In this document: positions 18,297 to 27,118 of the stretch, piece by piece | Layout of the letters: every line of letters begins with the position of its first letter | How positions within the stretch are numbered: position 1 is the first letter of the stretch | From: Aliivibrio fischeri ES114 | GTDB taxonomy: Bacteria > Pseudomonadota > Gammaproteobacteria > Enterobacterales > Vibrionaceae | Reading direction: 5' to 3' (one strand) | Assembly (NCBI RefSeq): GCF_000011805.1 | Contig: NC_006841.2 | DNA length: 32,000 bases | Position numbers and translations under genes: made by a program | The notes under the pieces: model-generated | Told to the model about the DNA's origin: nothing | The model's database searches: none | Seen by the model: only the letters and a program-made list of their open reading frames with translations

Positions 18297-18340
18297 TTGA
18301 TCTACTTCAAATTAAAACTATACTGCACAGCTGTGTAGTA
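18297..18340 (+). promoter_or_regulatory. Candidate RND operon promoter with overlapping TetR-type operator
   Basis: TTGATC (18297-18302), 16 bp, TATACT (18319-18324). Near-perfect 20-bp palindrome TACTgCACAGCTGTGtAGTA (18321-18340) overlaps the -10 and the likely start site. Confidence 0.55.
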
Positions 18341-18363
18341 AATAATATTGAGTGGAGAACATT

Positions 18364-19437
18364 GTGCGAAAACAAAATATAAAACGCACATTCCTAGGTG
18401 CTGTAATAGCACTAAGTTTGTCAGGAATGCTTACTGGTTGTGAAAAAGCAGTATCAGAAACAACGGATCAAACGATTAAGCCAGTAAAACTGTTGTCAGT
18501 TAAAGATCTTGCTATGGCTGATTCTGATGCTTTTCTTGCGCGTATCGATGCGACGTATCGAGCGCAGTTATCATTCCAAGTAGGTGGTGAAGTTTCTGAC
18601 ATCAAAGTAAAGATGGGGCAAGCGGTAACGAAAGGTGAGTTATTGGCATCGCTAGATCCAAACGATCTGCAATTGGCATTAGATGCCGCTGACGCTCAGT
18701 TTTCATTAGCAAAAACACAATGGAACCGCGCTAAGAGTTTATACAGCAAGAAGCTAATCAGTACCAATGATTACGACCAGCGTGAAACGCAATATCAAGC
18801 GGCATTGGCAAACTATGAGCAAGCAAAAACAGATTTAAGTTATACCGAAATTCACGCACCGTTTTCAGGCATTATTTCTTACACCTATGTAAAACCACAT
18901 CAGATCGTAGGTGAAAAACAAGAGATCTTAAATCTTATTGATAATTCAACACTGGATGTATCAGTAACATTGCCAATTACTTATGTAGATTCTATTTCTA
19001 TTCCAGCGTTAATCAGCAGTGATATGTGGGTGACGATGGATAATGAACCTAACAATGAAATTAAAGGTAGATTTAAAGAGATCTCCACTCAACCCAATTT
19101 AGACACCAATAGTTATGAAGCCATAGTAACAATGACATTGCCACAAGGCCGTAATCTGTTAACTGGCATGACTGGCCAGGTTCATATACCTAAACAAAAA
19201 AGTTCTGATTATTTACAGTTACCACAGAGTGCGTGGGTAAATAAAGGCCTTAATCAAGGACAAGTATGGTTAATGAACCAAGAGACGAAAACAGTAACGA
19301 AAACAACGTTACCATTAAATGAGCAAGGATTAGTTATTTCTGGTTTACATGCAAATGATTACATCGTTATTGCGGGTGTTGATAGTCTTGTTGAAGGTCA
19401 AACGGTGAAAGCATGGCAGCGTGAGGAAGGTATTTAA
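18364..19437 (+). CDS. RND efflux periplasmic adaptor (HlyD/MFP family), lipoprotein
   Basis: ORF 18352..19437; GTG at 18364 follows GTGGAG. Lipobox LTGC; SFQVGGEVSDIKVKMGQAVTKGELLASLDPNDLQLALDAADAQ...YTEIHAPFSGIISYTYVKPHQIVGEKQ. Confidence 0.88.
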   Translation: MRKQNIKRTFLGAVIALSLSGMLTGCEKAVSETTDQTIKPVKLLSVKDLAMADSDAFLARIDATYRAQLSFQVGGEVSDIKVKMGQAVTKGELLASLDPNDLQLALDAADAQFSLAKTQWNRAKSLYSKKLISTNDYDQRETQYQAALANYEQAKTDLSYTEIHAPFSGIISYTYVKPHQIVGEKQEILNLIDNSTLDVSVTLPITYVDSISIPALISSDMWVTMDNEPNNEIKGRFKEISTQPNLDTNSYEAIVTMTLPQGRNLLTGMTGQVHIPKQKSSDYLQLPQSAWVNKGLNQGQVWLMNQETKTVTKTTLPLNEQGLVISGLHANDYIVIAGVDSLVEGQTVKAWQREEGI

Positions 19438-20498
19438 TGAATCGTTCATTATATTCATTGCTTGTATTAACTTTGTTTATATTAACTGGTTGCCAAGAAG
19501 AAAATACAACAGAACAAAGTAAACCACTTTATATTTCAGGTTTTACTGTAAATGCGCCTGTGACTCAACAATTTCGTTCTTTCAAAGGGCAAGTTGTGCC
19601 TGCTGAGCAAACACCGATAGCATTTCGAGTAACGGGTGAAATCGAAGAAGTGTTGGTGAAAGCCGGAGATGTGGTTAAACAAGGACAACTGGTTGCAAAG
19701 CTAGAAGACAGTAAGGTAAAGCAAGCAGTTAATGATGCTAAGGCACAGTATTCGTTAGCGTCAAAACAGTACCTGCGTGGTAAAGAATTGAACCGTCGAG
19801 CTATGATTTCAAAAGCTGAACTTGATGAATTATTTGCGAATAGAGAGCTGGCTCAAGCGACGTATCGTGCGGCAAAAAATCAATTAGCTTATACCCATCT
19901 TGTTGCACCGTTTAACGGTAAAGTGCTTGATGTCTATAAAGAGCAGTTTGAACGAGCTGCAGCAGGCGAGCCGATTATGAATGTGTATCAAAACGATAAA
20001 GTGTACGTGCGTATTGATCTTTCAGATAACGTGTTAGCCATGATAAATCCTGAGACAAATCGAGATTCTTACCATCCGACGACAACGTTTGTTGGTTTAT
20101 CAGACTCTTACTCTATGAAGTATTTGGAGCACACAAGCGAGCCAAATGCTCAAACTCAGACGTATGAAATGTATCTATCTATGCCGCAACCTAATGTAGA
20201 GATCTTACCGGGAACCAGTGCAACAGTGAATGTTGATATGGTTGAAGCAGGGATCACTTCAATTGATGGTTATCAAGTGCCTGTGACAGCATTACAAGCA
20301 GGTCAAAAATCAGGTCTGTTCTATGTTTGGATCATACGTGATGGGCAAGCAACTAAAGTGCCTGTAACTATCCGCAAAATTAGTGGCGAAGGCGCGATTG
20401 TTTCTTCTGGTATCAAACAAAGTGATGTCTTAGCTAATTCAAATTTACGAAAGCTACGTGATGGTAAAAAAGTAATGCTAATGGAGAATCAACACTAA
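19437..20498 (+). CDS. Second RND efflux periplasmic adaptor (MFP family), lipoprotein
   Basis: 353 aa. Lipobox LTGC; FRVTGEIEEVLVKAGDVVKQGQLVAKLEDSKVKQAVNDAKAQYSLA...YTHLVAPFNGKVLDVYKE. Start overlaps the previous stop (TAATG). Confidence 0.88.
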   Translation: MNRSLYSLLVLTLFILTGCQEENTTEQSKPLYISGFTVNAPVTQQFRSFKGQVVPAEQTPIAFRVTGEIEEVLVKAGDVVKQGQLVAKLEDSKVKQAVNDAKAQYSLASKQYLRGKELNRRAMISKAELDELFANRELAQATYRAAKNQLAYTHLVAPFNGKVLDVYKEQFERAAAGEPIMNVYQNDKVYVRIDLSDNVLAMINPETNRDSYHPTTTFVGLSDSYSMKYLEHTSEPNAQTQTYEMYLSMPQPNVEILPGTSATVNVDMVEAGITSIDGYQVPVTALQAGQKSGLFYVWIIRDGQATKVPVTIRKISGEGAIVSSGIKQSDVLANSNLRKLRDGKKVMLMENQH

Positions 20499-23400
20499 TG
20501 AACATTGCTGAATATTCAATTAAAAATAAAGTCATTAGCTGGTTATTTATTACCATTTTAACGATTGGCGGTATTACTTCATTTCTTGATTTAGGACGCT
20601 TGGAGGACCCTGCATTTACGATTAAAGATGCAATGGTTGTTGCTACCTATCCAGGAGCAACGTCAAAAGAAGTGGAAGAAGAATTAACCTACCCGTTAGA
20701 AAAAGCGATCCGTAAATTACCTTATATTGATAAAATTACGTCGACCTCATCCAATGGCATGTCACAGATTATGGTGAGCATGAAAATGGACTATGGCCCA
20801 GATGAACTACCTCAAATCTGGGATGAAATGCGTAGAAAAATTAATGATTTAAAACCAACTCTGCCTCAAGGTATTCAATCTTTACAAATCATTGATGATT
20901 TTGGTGACGTGTTTGGTGTGATGATGATGCTTACTGGAGACGATTATAATTACGTTGAACTTAAGCGTTATGCTGACACATTAACTCGTGAATTAGAGCT
21001 TATTGATGGTGTTGGTAAGATCTCGATTGCGGGTGATCAACAAGAAATGCTGTTTGTAGAGATTTCGTTGGATCGCCTAGCTGCCCTTAATCTAGATATG
21101 AATACGGTTGCAGGCTTATTGAATCAACAAAACAATGTGGTTCAAGCGGGTGAAGTATTAGTGAATGGAGAAAGCTTAACGATTCGACCAAGTGGAACAT
21201 TAACTACTGTTGAATCGTTGGGGGACTTGATCATCCATGGCCGTGATACTGGTAATCTTATCCGTCTAAAGGATGTTGCAACGATCACTCGTGGTTTACA
21301 AGAAAAGCCGGGCAACATTATTCGATTTAATGGTAAAAATGCCTTAAATATCGGACTATCTTTTGCATCAGGTGTGAACGTGGTGGAAGTTGGTCAACGT
21401 GTCCAAGAAGAACTAACGTACTTAGAGTCGATAAAACCTGCAGGACTTGAGTTAAGCTATTTCTATAATCAAGCTCAAGAAGTTGATACATCTGTTCGTG
21501 ACTTTATTATTAGTTTAGCGGAAGCAGTAGCAATCGTTATTGTTGTTTTATTGTTTGCGATGGGGATGCGAAGCGGCCTAATTATTGGTGTGGTGTTACT
21601 ACTGACCGTGTTTGGTACGTTTATCTTAATGAGCTACAACAACATTGATCTTCACCGTATCTCATTAGGTGCGCTGATCATTGCGCTAGGGATGTTGGTT
21701 GATAATGCCATTGTAGTGGTTGAGGGGATTTTAGTTGGTCTCAAAAAAGGACGAACCAAAGTTCAAGCAGCTGCGGACATTGTAAAACAAACGCAATGGC
21801 CTTTATTGGGTGCAACAGTCATCGCAATTGCTGCGTTTGCTCCGATTGGTTTATCAGAAGATGCCACTGGCGAGTTCATGGGTGATTTGTATTGGGTGTT
21901 GTGTTATTCACTGTTTTTAAGTTGGGTAACGGCTATTACGATCACGCCATTCTTAGCTGACTTGTTATTAAAAGAAGAAGATAAAAACACAGGTGTAGAA
22001 GAAGACGCTTACAAAGGGTTCTTATTTACTGCATTTGGTTCATCGCTTAAGTTGGCATTACGTTTCCGTTGGTTAACAGTGGCATCGCTAGTGGGTTTAC
22101 TTGTTGTTGCGGTAATGGCGTTTGGTAATGTGAAGCAGCAATTCTTCCCAGCATCTAACACGCCAATGTTCTATGTGGATATGTGGATGCCAGAAGGTAC
22201 AGATATTCGTGAAACAATTAAGCAATCAGAAGCGGTTGAGAGTTACATTAATAAGCAAGACAACATTGAGTTTGTATCAGCGTCGATTGGTCAAGGTATG
22301 CAGCGTTTTGCGCTAACTTATCAACCAGAAAAAAGCTATGAAGCGTATGCACAATTTCAGATCCGAACCACAGATCGCGAATCAATGTTTAGCTTGTTAG
22401 AAAACCTAACCAATTCATTAGATCAACGCTTTGATAAGCCAACATTCCAATTCAAAATGATGGAGTTTGGCCCGTCTCCAGCATCAAAAATTGAAGTTCG
22501 AATTTCAGGACCAGATCCTCAAATCTTACGTAACTTAGCTACAAATGTTGAAGATATTATATTAACGGATCCAGGTTCGAGAAATATTCGACATGATTGG
22601 CGTGAGCGAACAAAGGAACTTACGCCAATATTTAATGAATCAAAAGCGCGTCGTTTAGGTATTTCAAAAGAAGACTTATCGAACACATTACAAATGGCGT
22701 TTGGTGGCTCTACGTTAGGTATGTTGCGTGATGGTACTCATACATTGCCGATCGTGACACGTTTACCAGAGTCAGAACGTGTGGATTTTGAATCTTTACA
22801 AAACGTAAAAATCTGGAGTCCATCGCTTCAAACTTATATTCCAGTAGATCAAGTAATTGATGGAGTAAATTTAGATTGGAGTGAACCATTGATTCAGCGT
22901 CGTGATAGAAAACGTACGATCACAGTAATGGCAGATCATGATTTATTAAGTGATGACACTCCAGCAAGCCTGCTAGCGCGTATTCAACCAAAAGTAATGG
23001 AATTACCATTGCCTGAAGGGTATGAGATTACGTGGGGTGGTGAATATGAATCGTCTAAAGATGCACAGGAGTCTTTATTTGGTTCATTACCAATGGGCTA
23101 CCTATTTATGTTTATTATCACCATGTTGCTATTTAACTCGGTTAAAAAACCATTAAAGGTGATTTGGTTTACGGTTCCACTGTCTATTATTGGTGTGGCT
23201 TTTGGTTTACTTGGTACAAACATGCCATTCAGCTTTACGGCATTTTTGGGACTATTGAGCTTAAGTGGAATGATTTTGAAAAATGGTATTGTTTTGCTTG
23301 ATCAAATCAACCTTGAATTGGCGTCAGGTAAAGATCCATACCTTGCTATCGTAGACAGTGCTATTAGTCGTGTTCGTCCCGTAAGTATGGCGGCATTGAC

Positions 23401-23563
23401 GACAATTTTGGGGCTTATCCCATTACTGTTTGATGCGTTCTTTAGCTCAATGGCGATCACCATCATGGCTGGTTTGGGTTTTGCTACCGTATTAACCTTA
23501 ATTGTGGTGCCTGTTATGTTCGCTATTTTATTTAAGATAAAGCCAGCAGCACAAACTATTTAA
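20498..23563 (+). CDS. RND efflux permease subunit (AcrB/HAE1-like)
   Basis: 1021 aa. FLDLGRLEDPAFTIKDAMVVATYPGATSKEVEEELTYPLEKAI; LGMLVDNAIVVVEGI; TPFLADLLL; SLSGMILKNGIVLLDQI; large size. Start overlaps the previous stop. Confidence 0.95.
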   Translation: MNIAEYSIKNKVISWLFITILTIGGITSFLDLGRLEDPAFTIKDAMVVATYPGATSKEVEEELTYPLEKAIRKLPYIDKITSTSSNGMSQIMVSMKMDYGPDELPQIWDEMRRKINDLKPTLPQGIQSLQIIDDFGDVFGVMMMLTGDDYNYVELKRYADTLTRELELIDGVGKISIAGDQQEMLFVEISLDRLAALNLDMNTVAGLLNQQNNVVQAGEVLVNGESLTIRPSGTLTTVESLGDLIIHGRDTGNLIRLKDVATITRGLQEKPGNIIRFNGKNALNIGLSFASGVNVVEVGQRVQEELTYLESIKPAGLELSYFYNQAQEVDTSVRDFIISLAEAVAIVIVVLLFAMGMRSGLIIGVVLLLTVFGTFILMSYNNIDLHRISLGALIIALGMLVDNAIVVVEGILVGLKKGRTKVQAAADIVKQTQWPLLGATVIAIAAFAPIGLSEDATGEFMGDLYWVLCYSLFLSWVTAITITPFLADLLLKEEDKNTGVEEDAYKGFLFTAFGSSLKLALRFRWLTVASLVGLLVVAVMAFGNVKQQFFPASNTPMFYVDMWMPEGTDIRETIKQSEAVESYINKQDNIEFVSASIGQGMQRFALTYQPEKSYEAYAQFQIRTTDRESMFSLLENLTNSLDQRFDKPTFQFKMMEFGPSPASKIEVRISGPDPQILRNLATNVEDIILTDPGSRNIRHDWRERTKELTPIFNESKARRLGISKEDLSNTLQMAFGGSTLGMLRDGTHTLPIVTRLPESERVDFESLQNVKIWSPSLQTYIPVDQVIDGVNLDWSEPLIQRRDRKRTITVMADHDLLSDDTPASLLARIQPKVMELPLPEGYEITWGGEYESSKDAQESLFGSLPMGYLFMFIITMLLFNSVKKPLKVIWFTVPLSIIGVAFGLLGTNMPFSFTAFLGLLSLSGMILKNGIVLLDQINLELASGKDPYLAIVDSAISRVRPVSMAALTTILGLIPLLFDAFFSSMAITIMAGLGFATVLTLIVVPVMFAILFKIKPAAQTI

Positions 23564-23590
23564 TTACTGCTATTTCAGATAACCTATCTG

Positions 23591-23631
23591 ACCAATCACT
23601 GTGTTGTATTATTCACAGTGATTGGTTTTTT
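23591..23631 (+). terminator. Rho-independent terminator of the RND operon
   Basis: Perfect 13-bp stem ACCAATCACTGTG (23591-23603) / CACAGTGATTGGT (23614-23626) followed by TTTTT. Confidence 0.9.
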
Positions 23632-23661
23632 GTTTAAAGTCCGCACTTAACCCTCCCTCTT

Positions 23662-24114
23662 TTAATGAAAAGCAAGACACTCAGATTTACCAGAACCTCG
23701 TAATGTTATGATGGTGTTGCCTATTGTTGGTTTATTAAATGCATCATCATTTAGATTTGCATTATTAAAGTCAGCACGATAAACATCAGCGCGATATAAA
23801 TCGACATTTGGCATTTGTGCATAACTGAAATCTGCATTACGTAAATCGGCGTCTCTAAAGCTTGCATTGTTGAGGTCGGCTTCTTTAAATATCGCATAAG
23901 TAATGTCAGCATCACTCATATCAGCGTCGCATAAGTTAGCGTTAGTGAAGTTAGTTCGAGTCAAATTTGCGCGATGAAGAACCGCGCCTTCAAGGTTAAG
24001 ATGACTTAAATCGGTATTATTTAAAACAGCACGTTCGCCTCCTTGATGTTGTAACCAAAGAGAGTGTTGTTGAAGAATATAATCAAGTTCAGTTTGAGTG
24101 AGTTTTTTCATCAT
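23662..24114 (-). CDS. Pentapeptide repeat protein
   Basis: 150 aa with tandem A(D/N)LxX-type pentapeptides: LSHLNLEGAVLHRANLTRTNFTNANLCDADMSDADITYAIFKEADLNNASFRDADLRNADFSYAQMPNVDLYRADVYRADFNNANL. Confidence 0.9.
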   Translation of the reverse strand: MMKKLTQTELDYILQQHSLWLQHQGGERAVLNNTDLSHLNLEGAVLHRANLTRTNFTNANLCDADMSDADITYAIFKEADLNNASFRDADLRNADFSYAQMPNVDLYRADVYRADFNNANLNDDAFNKPTIGNTIITLRGSGKSECLAFH

Positions 24115-24119
24115 TGTGT

Positions 24120-24515
24120 CTACTCATTTAATTTTTTCTGCCATGTTTCTGTATCCGCTCCTAATATGCATTCACCATTTACTCGAAGTGACAATCGTAA
24201 TACACAACGTCTAGTTACCTCTTCAAATTCATCTTTTGGTAAAAATCGAACCGAATCTACCAATGCTTTACAGTGAGGAGCTGCTTGTTCTTTTAAAGTA
24301 TAAAATACCCATTTGCCTTTCTTTTGGTGGTTAAGAAGCCCTGCTCGATAAAGCATTTTCAGATTACGTGAAACGTTGTATTGAGTGTCACCAATGATAT
24401 CTAGTGCTTCAGCAACAGCGATACATTCATCGACATGAAGAAACAACCAAAACAAACGCAATCTATTGGGTTCTGACAGTGCTTTTAATGCGTCGATATA
24501 TTTTTCATCCATCAT
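24120..24515 (-). CDS. ArsR/SmtB family winged-helix regulator
   Basis: 131 aa. YIDALKALSEPNRLRLFWLFLHVDECIAVAEALDIIGDTQYNVSRNLKMLYRAGLLNHQKKGKWVFYTL. Confidence 0.85.
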   Translation of the reverse strand: MMDEKYIDALKALSEPNRLRLFWLFLHVDECIAVAEALDIIGDTQYNVSRNLKMLYRAGLLNHQKKGKWVFYTLKEQAAPHCKALVDSVRFLPKDEFEEVTRRCVLRLSLRVNGECILGADTETWQKKLNE

Positions 24516-24570
24516 GGGTGCTACCTTTTATGTTGATTATTGCGCCACTAACGGTAGTGGCGCGATATGT

Positions 24571-25536
24571 TTATATTACGTATTGGAAGATGGCCCCACC
24601 GATAATCGCGGTAGTTAATACTATCCCCACAAAAGCGATGACCGCTTTTCTTTTTAGAACCGCTGATACTAGCGCAATTTCAGGCAAACTGGCACCAGTA
24701 CCACCAATAATTAATGCTAATGCAGCACCAAGTCCCATTCCTTTAGCTATCAATACATTAAGTAGAGGAATTGCCATTTCAATACGTAAGTAAAGTGGAA
24801 TACCAATCAGTGAAGCAATAACAATTGATTGGAACCCATCACCACCAACATATTTCTCGACTAAGTCTGCAGGTAAGTAAGCTGCAGAGAACCCACTAAT
24901 TGCTGCGCCTAGCAGAACGTATGGAATGATTCTTTTGAATAAAGAAAGCGCGCCATTCATTGCGTTTCGCATTCTTGATTTTGAAGATGGTGCAGCACCG
25001 CAAGTGTTGGGCTTATTTCCACTGCATCCTTTAGCTTTAGTATCTTCTAGTTCACCTCCTCGTTTAATCTCATTTCTCCAAGGTGATTTGGAAATTAAGA
25101 AACCACCAAGAACAGCGGCAGTGAATGTGACCAAAAAATAAACGATAGTGATCTTAAAACCAAATGCAGCATAAATCATGGCTAAAACAATGAAGTTACA
25201 CAATGGTGCTGAAATGATGAAGCTCATGACGGTACCAAGTGAAGCTCCCATTGATGCCATTGCCATCGTGACAGGTACAACAGCGGCACTGCAAAATGGA
25301 GTCAACATGCCGAATAAGGCGCCTAATAGACTTCCCCATCTATCATGTTTAGTTAACGTTTTCTGAAGCTTATCTTGAGGTATATATTCACGCATTAAGC
25401 CTGTTAGTACTGACACAATAGCAATAATAACGACTAAGCCTTTAGCAACATAAAAGAACTCGTTTAAAGCAATAGCTAGTTTCGCATCCAAAATTTGAAT
25501 CTCTAATAAGTAAAAGAAATGCAAATATAAGTACAT
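24571..25536 (-). CDS. Permease of the UPF0718/ArsP-like family
   Basis: 321 aa, about 8 TM helices. GALFGMLTPFCSAAVVPVTMAMASMGASLGTVMSFIISAPLCN; GGTGASLPEIALVSAVLKRKAV; central CSGN...TCGAAP cytoplasmic segment. Exact start uncertain. Confidence 0.85.
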   Translation of the reverse strand: MYLYLHFFYLLEIQILDAKLAIALNEFFYVAKGLVVIIAIVSVLTGLMREYIPQDKLQKTLTKHDRWGSLLGALFGMLTPFCSAAVVPVTMAMASMGASLGTVMSFIISAPLCNFIVLAMIYAAFGFKITIVYFLVTFTAAVLGGFLISKSPWRNEIKRGGELEDTKAKGCSGNKPNTCGAAPSSKSRMRNAMNGALSLFKRIIPYVLLGAAISGFSAAYLPADLVEKYVGGDGFQSIVIASLIGIPLYLRIEMAIPLLNVLIAKGMGLGAALALIIGGTGASLPEIALVSAVLKRKAVIAFVGIVLTTAIIGGAIFQYVI

Positions 25537-25691
25537 ATGCGCATTTATGCAAGTGTTTTGTTTTTAAAAAATAGATAGGCAATACATGAGTTGATTTGTT
25601 TTCATGTGTTAATACTATATTTTGAGTGATAACTCTGTATAATTCGCCGCCTATTCACCCTGTTTGAACAACCGATACTTAGGAACTCGTT

Positions 25692-26108
25692 ATGATGACT
25701 GATGAAGAAAGAATTGAACTGCAACAAAACAACCCATTACACGGTCTTAAGTTAGAAACCTTGCTACAAGAGTTGGTTGATTTTTACGGTTGGGAAATTC
25801 TAGATACAGCAATGCGTTTGAACTGTTTTAATACGAACCCATCAGTTGCAAGTAGTGTTAAATACCTAAAGAAAACAGAATGGGCGAGAGAGAAGCTAGA
25901 AAACTTTTACCTGTACCGTTTTAAGCGTATGCCTCGTGCATCTAACCTTGAATATGACAAACCGCCACGTGCTCGTACATTCCCGCATGGTCTTGAACCA
26001 AAAGAGCCAATGGAACTGACGGTTGATTCGATTTTGAAATCACAAGCAAAAGCGGCATCAGCGCATAAAGCTCGTACTTCTAACCGCGGTGGTAACTACC
26101 GTCGCTAA
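25692..26108 (+). CDS. VF530 family (DUF2132) putative DNA-binding protein
   Basis: 138 aa. NNPLHGLKLETLLQELVDFYGWEILDTAMRLNCFNTNPSVASSVKYLKKTEWAREKLENFYLYRF matches the VF530 core, with a basic C-terminal tail. Confidence 0.88.
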   Translation: MMTDEERIELQQNNPLHGLKLETLLQELVDFYGWEILDTAMRLNCFNTNPSVASSVKYLKKTEWAREKLENFYLYRFKRMPRASNLEYDKPPRARTFPHGLEPKEPMELTVDSILKSQAKAASAHKARTSNRGGNYRR

Positions 26109-26153
26109 GAGAATCGTCGTTAATTGAAGATGGTTTTTAACTAGATATAAAAT

Positions 26154-26191
26154 AAAAAAGCCAAACTGGGTTATCCAAGTTTGGCTTTTTT
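26154..26191. terminator. Bidirectional Rho-independent terminator
   Basis: AAAAAAGCCAAACT ... AGTTTGGCTTTTTT, strong stem with A/T tails on both sides, between the convergent VF530 and SDR genes. Confidence 0.9.
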
Positions 26192-26236
26192 GTGCTTATT
26201 ATTTAACGATGATTTCGCTAAGTAAGTTAGTACCTA

Positions 26237-26956
26237 CTATGGCTGCTGCTTAGTTGGAGCAAGAGCAATTTCACGAATACAAACGTTTTGAGGTTGTTGG
26301 TAAGCAAAAGATACTGCACGAGCAATGTCGTCAGCAGCTAGTACGCCACCCATGCTTTCTTTCCACTCACCGTAGCCATCTTTAATTTCTTGAGAAGACG
26401 TATGAGATAGAAGTTCAGTCTCAACCGCTCCCGGTGCAATTGTTGTTACACGAACGTTTGATAGCGCTACTTCTTCACGCACGTTTTCAGAGATTGCGTG
26501 AACCGCAAATTTAGTACCACAGTAAGCTGCATGGTTAGGGAACGTTTTCTTACCAGCAATAGAGCTGATGTTAATGATAGTACCGCTGTTACGCTCCATC
26601 ATAGGAGCAAGAACTGCTTGCATACCATTAAGAAGTCCAAGAACGTTAACATCAAACATGGTTTTCCACTCTTGTGCATCTTGAGTGTCAATTTGACCAA
26701 GAAGCATTGCGCCAGCGTTATTTACGATAGCATCTACAGGACCAAACTTTGCTTCGCCCTGAGCAATAGCCGCTTCAAAAGAGGCTTTGTCTGTTACGTC
26801 TACTTTTACTGATAAAGAGTTTGGTAGGTTAAGTGCTTCAAGGCGATCAATACGACGAGCAAGAAGAAGTAGAGGATGACCTTCATCGCTTAAACGACGA
26901 GCGATTGCTTCACCAATACCAGAACTTGCACCTGTAATAACAACTAATTTTTTCAT
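26237..26956 (-). CDS. Short-chain dehydrogenase/reductase (SDR), NAD(P)-dependent
   Basis: 239 aa. VVITGASSGIGEAIARRL (Rossmann TGxxxGIG), NNAGAMLLG, ISSIAGKKTFPNHAAYCGTKFAVHAIS (YxxxK), TIAPGAVETEL. Confidence 0.93.
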   Translation of the reverse strand: MKKLVVITGASSGIGEAIARRLSDEGHPLLLLARRIDRLEALNLPNSLSVKVDVTDKASFEAAIAQGEAKFGPVDAIVNNAGAMLLGQIDTQDAQEWKTMFDVNVLGLLNGMQAVLAPMMERNSGTIINISSIAGKKTFPNHAAYCGTKFAVHAISENVREEVALSNVRVTTIAPGAVETELLSHTSSQEIKDGYGEWKESMGGVLAADDIARAVSFAYQQPQNVCIREIALAPTKQQP

Positions 26957-27071
26957 CTTCTATTTCCTCAATAAATTCAATAAGCAACGGGATTTAAAAC
27001 CCTGTTTCGTTGCGATGGATGTATATTACTGCGACTCTTATTGTTGATATATAGTCATTTACTTGAAACTC

Positions 27072-27089
27072 TGTTGCTGTACTGCAACA
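27072..27089. promoter_or_regulatory. Palindromic operator candidate in the SDR-LysR divergent intergenic region
   Basis: TGTTGC-t-GTAC-t-GCAACA, 18-bp palindrome with one mismatched pair, between the divergent genes. Confidence 0.5.
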
Positions 27090-27118
27090 ATAAGACGTCA
27101 ATTACTACAGAGTTCACT

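Noticed and set aside
23700-24060. Repeated short motifs here considered as a CRISPR or DNA repeat array
   Set aside because: The periodicity (about 15 nt) is the codon-level signature of pentapeptide repeats in a protein gene, not a DNA repeat array.
24064-26812. Plus-strand ORFs 24064..24276, 24404..24793, 24926..25141, 25178..25366 and 26498..26812
   Set aside because: Antisense to the PRP, ArsR, permease and SDR genes; no independent coding evidence.
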